Assembly (NCBI GenBank): GCA_050736695.1
Contig: JBOHWH010000030.1
Location: 584-64,583, forward strand
Length of the DNA stretch: 64,000 nucleotides
From: Candidatus Binataceae bacterium
GTDB lineage: Bacteria > Desulfobacterota > Binatia > Binatales > Binataceae
Direction of reading: 5' to 3'
Positions 56,745 to 64,000 of this stretch are shown one piece after another; the stretch's first letter is position 1, and each line of letters opens with the position of its first letter. A program made the translations under genes and the position numbers. The notes below the pieces were generated by a model that had not been told where the DNA came from, did no database searches, and was given only the letters and a program-made list of their open reading frames with translations.

Positions 56745-56821
56745 TGGTGGCGGCGGCAGGAGTCGAACCTGCGACACTGCGGATATGAGCCGCATGCTCT
56801 AACCAACTGAGCTACGCCGCC
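56745..56821 (-). tRNA. tRNA-Met (anticodon CAU; could be elongator Met or a lysidine-modified Ile2)
   Basis: The reverse complement is GGCGGCGTAGCTCAGTTGGTTAGAGCATGCGGCTCATATCCGCAGTGTCGCAGGTTCGACTCCTGCCGCCGCCACCA. It has a 7-bp acceptor stem, a CUCAUAU loop and a TTCGACT T-loop. Confidence 0.9.
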
Positions 56822-56869
56822 ACCGTGAATTGCCCACAATAGCGGTCCTCGAAATTTCGCGAAAGACTC

Positions 56870-57586
56870 TCAGCGGAGCTGAATCGACCGCGATTTGACC
56901 GACTTGCTCCCGCGCGAAACCTGGTAGAGCACGCCCTCGTTGAATTCGACGCAGGTCAGCTTTCCTCCGTAGACCAGCCCGGTATCGATACCGAGCTTGT
57001 ACGGCAGATCGATCATCACACCGCGCATGGGAGTATGCCCGAACACCACGGTCGCATCGATCTTGTGCGGATTAAAAATAAATTCCTGGCGGATCCAGAG
57101 CATGTCCTCGGTCTGCTGCTCTTCGAGCTGGCGCGTGGGCATGATGCCGGCATGGACGAACAGATATGGCGGACGCAGGTAACTCACCGACAGATGATTA
57201 TAGAATTCGAGATGCGCGAGCGGAATGTGATGCACCGCTTCGGCGAGATCGTCTTCACGCACGCCATAGCTCTCGAGAGTCGCGACGCCGCCGTTGAACA
57301 AAAACGACTCGCCGTAATTCCCGGGCATCCCGAGGTACGAGAGCATCATGTCCTCATGATTGCCCTTCAGGAAGACGCCCTCGGCGCCGGTCTTTTCCAC
57401 CCGCATCGCGAGCTCTATAACGTCGCGTGCCGAAGGACCGCGATCGACGTAATCGCCGACGAACACCACCGTGTCGCCGGCCACCGGCGCAATCGCTTTC
57501 AGAATCGCGCTGAGCTCATCGGGGCATCCGTGGATATCGCCGATCGCGAACAGGCGGCCCTCGAGTTTTTGCTTGCGACCTGACAT
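56870..57586 (-). CDS. Metallophosphoesterase (PPP-family Ser/Thr phosphatase or ApaH-like)
   Basis: GDIHGC, GDYVDRG and GNHE motifs. The start is set at MSGRKQK. Confidence 0.8.
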   Translation of the reverse strand: MSGRKQKLEGRLFAIGDIHGCPDELSAILKAIAPVAGDTVVFVGDYVDRGPSARDVIELAMRVEKTGAEGVFLKGNHEDMMLSYLGMPGNYGESFLFNGGVATLESYGVREDDLAEAVHHIPLAHLEFYNHLSVSYLRPPYLFVHAGIMPTRQLEEQQTEDMLWIRQEFIFNPHKIDATVVFGHTPMRGVMIDLPYKLGIDTGLVYGGKLTCVEFNEGVLYQVSRGSKSVKSRSIQLR

Positions 57587-57596
57587 CGGCGATTGC

Positions 57597-58688
57597 CTAG
57601 CGCTTTTCCTGGGCCTTTTCCTGACCGCCGGGGGAGAGCAGCCGAGCGATCGCGTTGCGATCTTCAATCATGCGCCGCGCCGCGCTGTAGGGATTCACGC
57701 GTCCGGATTCGACCTCTTCCACGACCTCGGATGCGTGCCCGGTTTGCACCGAATGGATCGCGCGATCTTCCAGTTCCGTCGCGAGGATCTCCATGAACTC
57801 GCGGCGGCGCCGCTCGGCAAGCTGTGCTTCATCGCGATGCGCCAGCACATACTCGCGATGCTTCCCAAGCGCGCCCACGAGCGCATCGACGCCCTGATCG
57901 GCCGCGGCCTGTGTCATGATCACGGGGGGACGCCATCCCTCGTTCGGCGGCCGCAGATGCACGTTCAGCTCCAGCTCCGCCTTGATTCGGTCGGCGCCCT
58001 CGCGGTCGGATTTATTTACCACGAACACGTCGGCGATTTCGTTCAGTCCCGCCTTCATCACCTGCACCGAATCGCCGCCTTCGGGCACGGTGACCACCAC
58101 GGTGGTGTCGGCCAGATCCATGATTCCAAGTTCGGTCTGACCGACGCCGACCGTTTCGATAATGATCACGTCGTGTCCGAACGCGTCGAGCAGCTTTACG
58201 ATTTCGCGCGCCGCGCGTGAGAGCCCGCCGTGACTTCCGCGCGAAGAGAGGCTGCGAATGTGCACACCCGGATCTTTGTAGTGATCGGTCATGCGCACGC
58301 GATCGCCCAGCACCGCGCCGCCCGAAAACGGGCTCGAGGGATCGATCGCGAGCACGGCGACTTCCTTGCCGAGCGCGCGATACTTCGTAATCAGGCGGTT
58401 GACCAGCGTCGATTTTCCTGCGCCCGGCGGTCCGGTTATTCCGATTACGTGCGCGCGCCCGACTTGAGCATAGATGCGCTCGATAATCGCGCTCGCCTCG
58501 GGCATCCTATTCTCCACCCGCGTCATCAGGCGATACAGCGCGAGTTCGTCGTGAGCGGCGAAGCGGCGCAGATATTCTTCGAGGTCGAATTTTCCGCCAG
58601 TGGCTGCGCCATTAGCGCGGGACTGATCATGAGGTTCAGCAGGCATGGTGGTCCGTCCAAGGATCATAGCTGCACGCGTCGAATCCAC
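57597..58688 (-). CDS. meaB: MeaB/ArgK-family G3E GTPase
   Basis: GPPGAGKST, ETVGVGQ and NKSD motifs. Confidence 0.85.
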   Translation of the reverse strand: MDSTRAAMILGRTTMPAEPHDQSRANGAATGGKFDLEEYLRRFAAHDELALYRLMTRVENRMPEASAIIERIYAQVGRAHVIGITGPPGAGKSTLVNRLITKYRALGKEVAVLAIDPSSPFSGGAVLGDRVRMTDHYKDPGVHIRSLSSRGSHGGLSRAAREIVKLLDAFGHDVIIIETVGVGQTELGIMDLADTTVVVTVPEGGDSVQVMKAGLNEIADVFVVNKSDREGADRIKAELELNVHLRPPNEGWRPPVIMTQAAADQGVDALVGALGKHREYVLAHRDEAQLAERRRREFMEILATELEDRAIHSVQTGHASEVVEEVESGRVNPYSAARRMIEDRNAIARLLSPGGQEKAQEKR

Positions 58689-58823
58689 GCAACTTACCGT
58701 TCTGCGCGTGCACTCGCGCTGCCTCTGTGAGACCCGCGTTGTTTTCCCTGCGGCCCAGACCTATTGTGGTCGTTGTATGCTTGGTTCAGATGACGATGAC
58801 GCGCCGGCCGGAATAAAGCCGCG

Positions 58824-59234
58824 ATGAAGCTGCACGATCTCTATAGCGACTGGCGCGTGGTGACCGGAATCGCGCTGGCGTGCCTAGGCGCCGGCAACTG
58901 GATTATCGGGCTCAACCGCACGCAGCAATACAGCCAGATCATCGCGCGCGCCCCCAACGCGGCCGCGGGCTCCGATTATCGCAGCTTCGACGAGCTCGAC
59001 GCCTCGGCCGGCGTCGCCGTCCTTGAGCCGCTGACCGCCCGCGAGCGCGCGGTCTCCTACGCCACGGCGAGGATGGATTTCTATCACGTGACGTTCCTGA
59101 CCGGTCAGATGCTGGTGCTGGTGGCGCTGCTGGTGGCGTTTTGGGGCGTGATCGCCGTGATCCAGAACGACGCGCGCAGCGCGATGGGCAGCGCGGGTCC
59201 TCCCACTCCGGGCACGATGCGCTCGCTGCGTTGA
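58824..59234 (+). CDS. 2-TM hypothetical protein
   Basis: 136 aa with two hydrophobic helices and no family recognised. Confidence 0.4.
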   Translation: MKLHDLYSDWRVVTGIALACLGAGNWIIGLNRTQQYSQIIARAPNAAAGSDYRSFDELDASAGVAVLEPLTARERAVSYATARMDFYHVTFLTGQMLVLVALLVAFWGVIAVIQNDARSAMGSAGPPTPGTMRSLR

Positions 59235-59276
59235 GCGCGTGCCATTGCCCAAGAATCGCTGAGGGTTGAAGCGCCG

Positions 59277-60149
59277 ATGGTGAAAATGCTCGCCGAGTGC
59301 GCGCCCGCGAAAATCAACCTGTGTCTTCGCGTGACTGGGCGCCGAGCCGATGGCTATCACGAGCTTGATTCAATCTTCCTTCCGATCGATTGGTGCGATT
59401 TGGTTCGGATCGAAATTCGCTCCGCCTCCGAGCCGCGCATCGATCTGCGCTGCAACCGTCCTGAACTGAGCGATCCGGCGACCAATCTAGCCGCGCGCGC
59501 AGCATCCGCCTTTGCGCGCGAGTACGGCCTCGTCGCGCACATCATGATCGACCTGGAAAAGAATCTGCCCGCCGGCGCGGGACTGGGCGGCGGTTCGAGC
59601 GACGCGGGCGCGGTGCTCCGGATGACGGCCGCGATGAGCGGAGTTGCAATTGACTCGCGCCTTGTGCGGGTCGCGGCGTCGCTCGGCGCCGACGTGCCGT
59701 TCTTTCTCGATCCTTGTCCGGCGCGTGTGCGCGGTGTCGGCGAGCTGATCGAACCGCTGCCGGCGATGCCAAAGCTCTTCCTGGTCCTGGCGGTTCCCGC
59801 AATCGAAGTGCCGACGGCGAAAATCTTTCGCGCGCTCGCGCGCGGCAATTGGAGTGGAGAAATTCCGGCTGCCGACCTAGCGGCGATTCTGAAGGGTCAA
59901 GTCGCGCGCGGCGCGATGGTAAACGACCTCGCCGCACCGGCGATCGCGATGTATCCGGGAATCGCGGAGCTCAAAGCGCTCGTAGAAAAGCACGGAGCGA
60001 TCGCCGCCGCGATGTCCGGCAGCGGCGGCTCAGTCTTCGGGATCTTTCCCGATCGTGCGGCGGCAGAGGATGCGGCGCGGGCGATCGCGATCGAGGCTCC
60101 CGACGCGCGTGTCGTCGCATGCGAGACGCTCGCCGCGATGGCGCGCTAA
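59277..60149 (+). CDS. ispE: 4-diphosphocytidyl-2-C-methyl-D-erythritol kinase
   Basis: APAKINLCL and LPAGAGLGGGSSDAG GHMP-kinase motifs. Confidence 0.9.
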   Translation: MVKMLAECAPAKINLCLRVTGRRADGYHELDSIFLPIDWCDLVRIEIRSASEPRIDLRCNRPELSDPATNLAARAASAFAREYGLVAHIMIDLEKNLPAGAGLGGGSSDAGAVLRMTAAMSGVAIDSRLVRVAASLGADVPFFLDPCPARVRGVGELIEPLPAMPKLFLVLAVPAIEVPTAKIFRALARGNWSGEIPAADLAAILKGQVARGAMVNDLAAPAIAMYPGIAELKALVEKHGAIAAAMSGSGGSVFGIFPDRAAAEDAARAIAIEAPDARVVACETLAAMAR

Positions 60150-60152
60150 TCG

Positions 60153-62198
60153 TTACCCGGCAGCGGCGCGCAATTTAGATTGACCGCGCGGCGGAGTGGC
60201 AGCGGCATCTTGGGTCAGTCGGAAGCATCGGAAGAATGTTCGGAAGTCGTCGGCGGCGCCGCGAAAGCGCAGCAGGTTTTCTTTTACCGCGCGCTCGGCG
60301 CTCAGCTCGCCGCGGCTCACAAGAGTCCAGCTCTCGGTCCCGCAATAGATGGTCAGGTCGGGCTCGCGCAAATCGCCCTGGCTGCTAAGGCATCGCCCTT
60401 CCCGGACCTCGACGTAGTAGCTGCCCGGCTCAGCGCCTGAAACAACGAACTGGACCGCCAAGCTGATTTCGGTCGCGCGTTTGCGATCGAACAGAAACGG
60501 CAGGCCAAGGATGAACGTCTCCGCCGAGCCCGTGCCGAGCCCGATTCGGCGGATGTAAAGGGCAGGATATACCTTGCTGAGCGGGGCGAGCACACCTAAC
60601 AGAGTGATTGCCGACAATATTGCCAACTCGTGAGTGTCGGCCGGCGTGCGATACGCTACTGCCGCAAGAATCGCGAAGGCCGCCGCCCACGCCGCCGCCA
60701 GATGCCTGCTGATACGTGCGAACGATGGACTCTTCTGCATCCACGCCGGGTACGCGCGGCGCATCCAGTAGCCGGTGAACGGTTCGGCGCCGAATAGCTG
60801 CGGCGCAATCGCGACGGTAGCGCACGACGCAAACATCCACGCGGGCGCATATGCGACGAACAAGCCGATGACGCCGCCCAGGTACGCGACTTGTCCGGCG
60901 AAGAAAAAAATCACGATCGCCAGATCGAAAGTCTTGGTTTCTTCGGCCGCGCTGGCGGCGAGCAGGTAGATAAGATCTACCACTTCTCCGATTAGGAGCG
61001 AGGTTGCATCTCCGGCTTGAAATCCGATCATCGCGGCGGCGAATGCGGCGATCGGCAGAATACTTCCGAGGTAAGAGAAAAATGCATTCCAGATGATGCC
61101 GCGATTTGGGCGCGCGGAATCGTTGCGGCCCGTAAGCGCCAGCGAGATTTCCGCGATGGTGCCGCCGCCCGCAAAGCTATGCAGATGAAACTCGGCATGC
61201 TCGCCATAAAATGCGTGCAGCCGATCGCGCAGATTCGCCAGCCCCACGCCGTCGGATTTTCGCTCGCGCGCGCGCTCGGGCTGGAAGCCGACGCCATTGT
61301 CCTCGACGCGGATATGCAGCAGGTCACCGTCGCGCCACGCCGCGATCGAGATTGTGCCGGCGCAGGTTCCATTGAGCAGTCCATGCGCCACGGCGTTTTC
61401 CACCAAAGGCTGGATGAGCAGCGGGGGCACGTGGATTTCGCGCACGTCGGACGCGATCTCGGTGTGTACGCTAATCCGATCTCCGGAACGCGCGCGCTCG
61501 AGCTCGAGGTACGAGGCTACCGCCGCCAACTCGTCGCTAAGCGGCGCCATCTTGGCCCGGCTGCGGCCCATCGAGTAGCGCAGCACGCCAGCCAGTTGCA
61601 GGATCAGTTTTTCCGCGCGCGCGGGCTGGACGGCGGCCGCCTCTGCGATGACGTTGAGCGAGTTGAACAAAAAATGATGATTGAGCTGGCTGCGCAGCGC
61701 GTCGAGTTGTGCGGTCAACGCGAGCTCGCGCAAACGGCGCTGTTCCTGGCTGGCGCTGTCGAGCGCAAGGCCGCCAAGAATCATGTAGAGCGTTGCGCCC
61801 ACAATCACGACCAGGTTGGCGACCGCGGGCGAAAGCGCATAAGCCGCTGCGATCACTTGCGGAACATGCGCAAAGCGCGTCCAGAGATGAAATGAGATGA
61901 GCATCCCGTTGCCGAACAGCACCACGCCGAGCATCACCTGCACCAGGATGCGCAGCACCAGGAGACCGCGCAGGCGCGGCACGATCCATCGCCATACCGC
62001 GAACGTGATCACCGCGAAGATGCCGGCATTCAGCAGGTGAAATTCCGAATAGAGAACCACCATCGGCGACGCGCTGCCGGTCAGCCATTGGCCGAGCAGA
62101 TCGAGCGGGACGTTCAACATCCCTGCGACCAGCGCGAAAACGATTTGCGGGTAGAGCAGGCTCCGGTTTGCGCGCCGCGTGGGTGGAATTGCTTTCAT
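60153..62198 (-). CDS. LytS-type sensor histidine kinase with an extra C-terminal membrane domain and SCP2-like domain
   Basis: N-terminal TM block, His_kinase HHFLFNSLN, HATPase VENAVAHG/DNGVGF, then about 5 more TM helices and an SCP2-like tail (PDLTIYCGTESWTLVSRGELSAERAVKENLLRFRGAADDF). Confidence 0.8.
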   Translation of the reverse strand: MKAIPPTRRANRSLLYPQIVFALVAGMLNVPLDLLGQWLTGSASPMVVLYSEFHLLNAGIFAVITFAVWRWIVPRLRGLLVLRILVQVMLGVVLFGNGMLISFHLWTRFAHVPQVIAAAYALSPAVANLVVIVGATLYMILGGLALDSASQEQRRLRELALTAQLDALRSQLNHHFLFNSLNVIAEAAAVQPARAEKLILQLAGVLRYSMGRSRAKMAPLSDELAAVASYLELERARSGDRISVHTEIASDVREIHVPPLLIQPLVENAVAHGLLNGTCAGTISIAAWRDGDLLHIRVEDNGVGFQPERARERKSDGVGLANLRDRLHAFYGEHAEFHLHSFAGGGTIAEISLALTGRNDSARPNRGIIWNAFFSYLGSILPIAAFAAAMIGFQAGDATSLLIGEVVDLIYLLAASAAEETKTFDLAIVIFFFAGQVAYLGGVIGLFVAYAPAWMFASCATVAIAPQLFGAEPFTGYWMRRAYPAWMQKSPSFARISRHLAAAWAAAFAILAAVAYRTPADTHELAILSAITLLGVLAPLSKVYPALYIRRIGLGTGSAETFILGLPFLFDRKRATEISLAVQFVVSGAEPGSYYVEVREGRCLSSQGDLREPDLTIYCGTESWTLVSRGELSAERAVKENLLRFRGAADDFRTFFRCFRLTQDAAATPPRGQSKLRAAAG

Positions 62199-62212
62199 CG
62201 CTCGCGCAGCCC

Positions 62213-63001
62213 TCAGTAATTGAGCATCTCGCCGAGCAGCCTGGCCTGGCGCCGGCTGACCTCGATCTGTTCCAGTGGTTCCAGGGTGGCGAAGCGGACC
62301 ACATAGCGGCCGCCGAACCAGGGATGGATCTCGCTGGCGAGGTCGAGGTTGATCAGCGTCGAGCGATTGGCGCGGAAAAAGCGCCGCGGCTCTAAAATCG
62401 CCTCGAGTTCGCGCAGCGAGCGCCGCACAGGCAATCGGCGCCCGCGAACGCGCGCATACACCGCGTCGCCTTCAGCCACGAAATAGAAAATCTCAGCCGG
62501 CTTGGCGAGCACAATATGCTCCTTGTCGTGCAGCGCGATCCGATGCGCGCCCGGCTCGGCGCCGCCGGTAATCCTGCGCAACAGATCGCTCATCTGCAGC
62601 GGAGGCTCGGCGGCATGGATTCGCGCGCGCACCCGCTCGAGCGCGGTGTCCACGCGCTGTTGCTCGTAGGGCTTCAGCAGGAAGTCGATCGCCTCGACCT
62701 CAAAGGCCTGGATCGCGTACGAATCGTAGGCGGTCGAGAAGATTACGTGCGGCCGGTCGCTTAGGCGCTGCAAAACCTCCAGACCCGAAATATCCGGCAG
62801 CTTGATATCGAGCATCACAAGGCTAGGGCTGGCGCGCTCGATAAGCGCAATCGCTTCGGCGCCGGTTGCCGCTTCGCCGGTGATCTCGACATCGGGATGC
62901 GCGCGCAGGAACCTGGCCAGCCGCGATCGCGCGGGCGCTTCGTCCTCTACGATTAGCGTTCGAATCGGCCGGAGAGCGCCGGGCTGTTGGGTCTCGTGCA
63001 T
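62213..63001 (-). CDS. LytTR-family response regulator
   Basis: Receiver domain (TLIVEDE, VMLDIKLPD) and a LytTR DNA-binding C-terminus. Confidence 0.9.
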   Translation of the reverse strand: MHETQQPGALRPIRTLIVEDEAPARSRLARFLRAHPDVEITGEAATGAEAIALIERASPSLVMLDIKLPDISGLEVLQRLSDRPHVIFSTAYDSYAIQAFEVEAIDFLLKPYEQQRVDTALERVRARIHAAEPPLQMSDLLRRITGGAEPGAHRIALHDKEHIVLAKPAEIFYFVAEGDAVYARVRGRRLPVRRSLRELEAILEPRRFFRANRSTLINLDLASEIHPWFGGRYVVRFATLEPLEQIEVSRRQARLLGEMLNY

Positions 63002-63163
63002 CGCGCTTATCTAAAGCCGACAGTTATCAGCCGTACATCCAATCTGTCCACGCCAATTTGTCGCTTTCAATATGTCCCGGCCGATGATCGCGGGCCATAC
63101 ATTTCAGCCCAGCGGCTCTATGGCCGACACGGACGGCGCCTGCTGGCGACGAGCGGCGATCCG

Positions 63164-64000
63164 CTACCTCAGGGACTTGTACACCAGTCCCTGGAAGTGC
63201 TGGATGCCGCGTTCGCGCGACAGCATCAGGCTGCCGTGTTCGATTACTCCGGAGCGCATCCCGCGCTGCACCGATTCGCACAGCACCACGTCTTCGCGGG
63301 TCACCAGGTCGCTCAGCTCGGCGTAGTTGCGAATCTCTGGCTCGGTCGTGCCTTCGGCGAAAAAATAATCGACCGTCTCGTGAGTATGGCCCGCGTCGAT
63401 CGGATGCGCGCAGATCACCTGCAATGCCATCGGATTGAGCGACGCCGCCAGCATCGCATTCGGCCATAGCGTCGCGTAGGTCACACCGGCGCCGTCCGGT
63501 TTGAAGTAAGGGCCGAAATAAGTTGAGACGAATTCGTTACTGGTATCCGAGCGATATTTGTCGGTGTCGATAAACTCCGAGAATTTCGGATGCGCAATCG
63601 GGCAGTGATAACATTCGTTGAAATTCTCAATCACGATCTTCCAATTCGCCGCGAATTCGTAAACGTCGCGCCGCAGCCACCGCATTTGAGACAAATCAAC
63701 GCCCGCCTGCGCGATGGTCCGCGGTAGATTCCCAATCATTGTGCTGAACGGATCCGCGCCGCGATTGGGATTTACAAAAACCAGCGGTCCCAGCGTATCG
63801 AGGCCCAACGGCAGCAGCCCGAGTGACTCTTTCGCGAACGATTCCTGCTCGTCCGCGCGCGGCGCGTTGCGCAGAGAGCCGTCCAGGTTGTAAGTCCATC
63901 CGTGATAGTGGCACTGAAGCGTGCGCCGGTTACCGGAGCATTCGAGAACCACCTCGCTGCCGCGATGGCGGCATACGTTGGCGAATGCGCGCAGCTTCGC
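63164..64000 (-). CDS. Rieske-type aromatic ring-hydroxylating oxygenase alpha subunit (partial, 5' end beyond window)
   Basis: The frame stays open to the window edge. The Rieske motif CRHRGSEVVLECSGNRRTLQCHYHGW spans 63900-63975, followed by the catalytic domain. Confidence 0.8.
   Translation of the reverse strand, partial: AKLRAFANVCRHRGSEVVLECSGNRRTLQCHYHGWTYNLDGSLRNAPRADEQESFAKESLGLLPLGLDTLGPLVFVNPNRGADPFSTMIGNLPRTIAQAGVDLSQMRWLRRDVYEFAANWKIVIENFNECYHCPIAHPKFSEFIDTDKYRSDTSNEFVSTYFGPYFKPDGAGVTYATLWPNAMLAASLNPMALQVICAHPIDAGHTHETVDYFFAEGTTEPEIRNYAELSDLVTREDVVLCESVQRGMRSGVIEHGSLMLSRERGIQHFQGLVYKSLR

Noticed and set aside
1-64000. CRISPR arrays, rRNA genes, tmRNA, RNase P RNA and SRP RNA in the intergenic gaps.
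   Set aside because: No regularly spaced short repeats were seen. Conserved strings such as GAGGAAAGTCCGGGC (RNase P) and the GGAAGCAGCC-type SRP domain IV motif were not found in the larger gaps (23542-23787, 29090-29684, 36711-37098, 44849-45145, 48136-48452).

Overview
This is a visibly GC-rich bacterial chromosome segment. Diderm hallmarks are present: lgt, an MlaC-like protein, an RND/MMPL exporter and a periplasmic Ctp protease. Most of the roughly 60 supportable CDS are housekeeping genes. They include dtd, lgt, ctp, bioD, trxB, moaC, an rlmI-like gene, an RNase E/G-family gene, smc, ftsY, zapA, a 5-formyl-THF cyclo-ligase gene, rny, msrA, def, ispE and meaB. There is also a GldA/F/G-like ABC system, a cobalt-type nitrile hydratase operon and a LytS/LytTR two-component pair. 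Many long antisense ORFs in the track are high-GC artefacts. RNA genes are tRNA-Gln(CUG), tRNA-Glu(CUC), tRNA-Met(CAU) and a candidate 6S RNA in the conserved zapA/5-FCL gap. Three patches stand out by lower GC and accessory content. (1) 16.5-20.6 kb is an orphan Rhs toxin/immunity island bounded by a 164-bp direct repeat that duplicates the 3' ends of both flanking genes. (2) 28.2-29.7 kb holds a DUF2971-like gene abutting the smc stop, followed by a 0.6-kb gene-poor stretch. (3) 37.3-43.1 kb, directly downstream of tRNA-Gln/tRNA-Glu, is a co-directional cassette. It encodes a HIT-family protein, a 4-TM protein, a D12-class adenine methyltransferase and an 891-aa fusion. The fusion has two PPDK_N-like ATP-grasp modules, a phosphohistidine swivel domain, a MazG/HisE-like NTP pyrophosphohydrolase and an unknown C-terminal domain. 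I rank this cassette as the best candidate for an undescribed nucleotide-centred defence or DNA-modification system. I saw no CRISPR array, integrase or transposase. All family calls come from motif recognition by eye; no database search was run.
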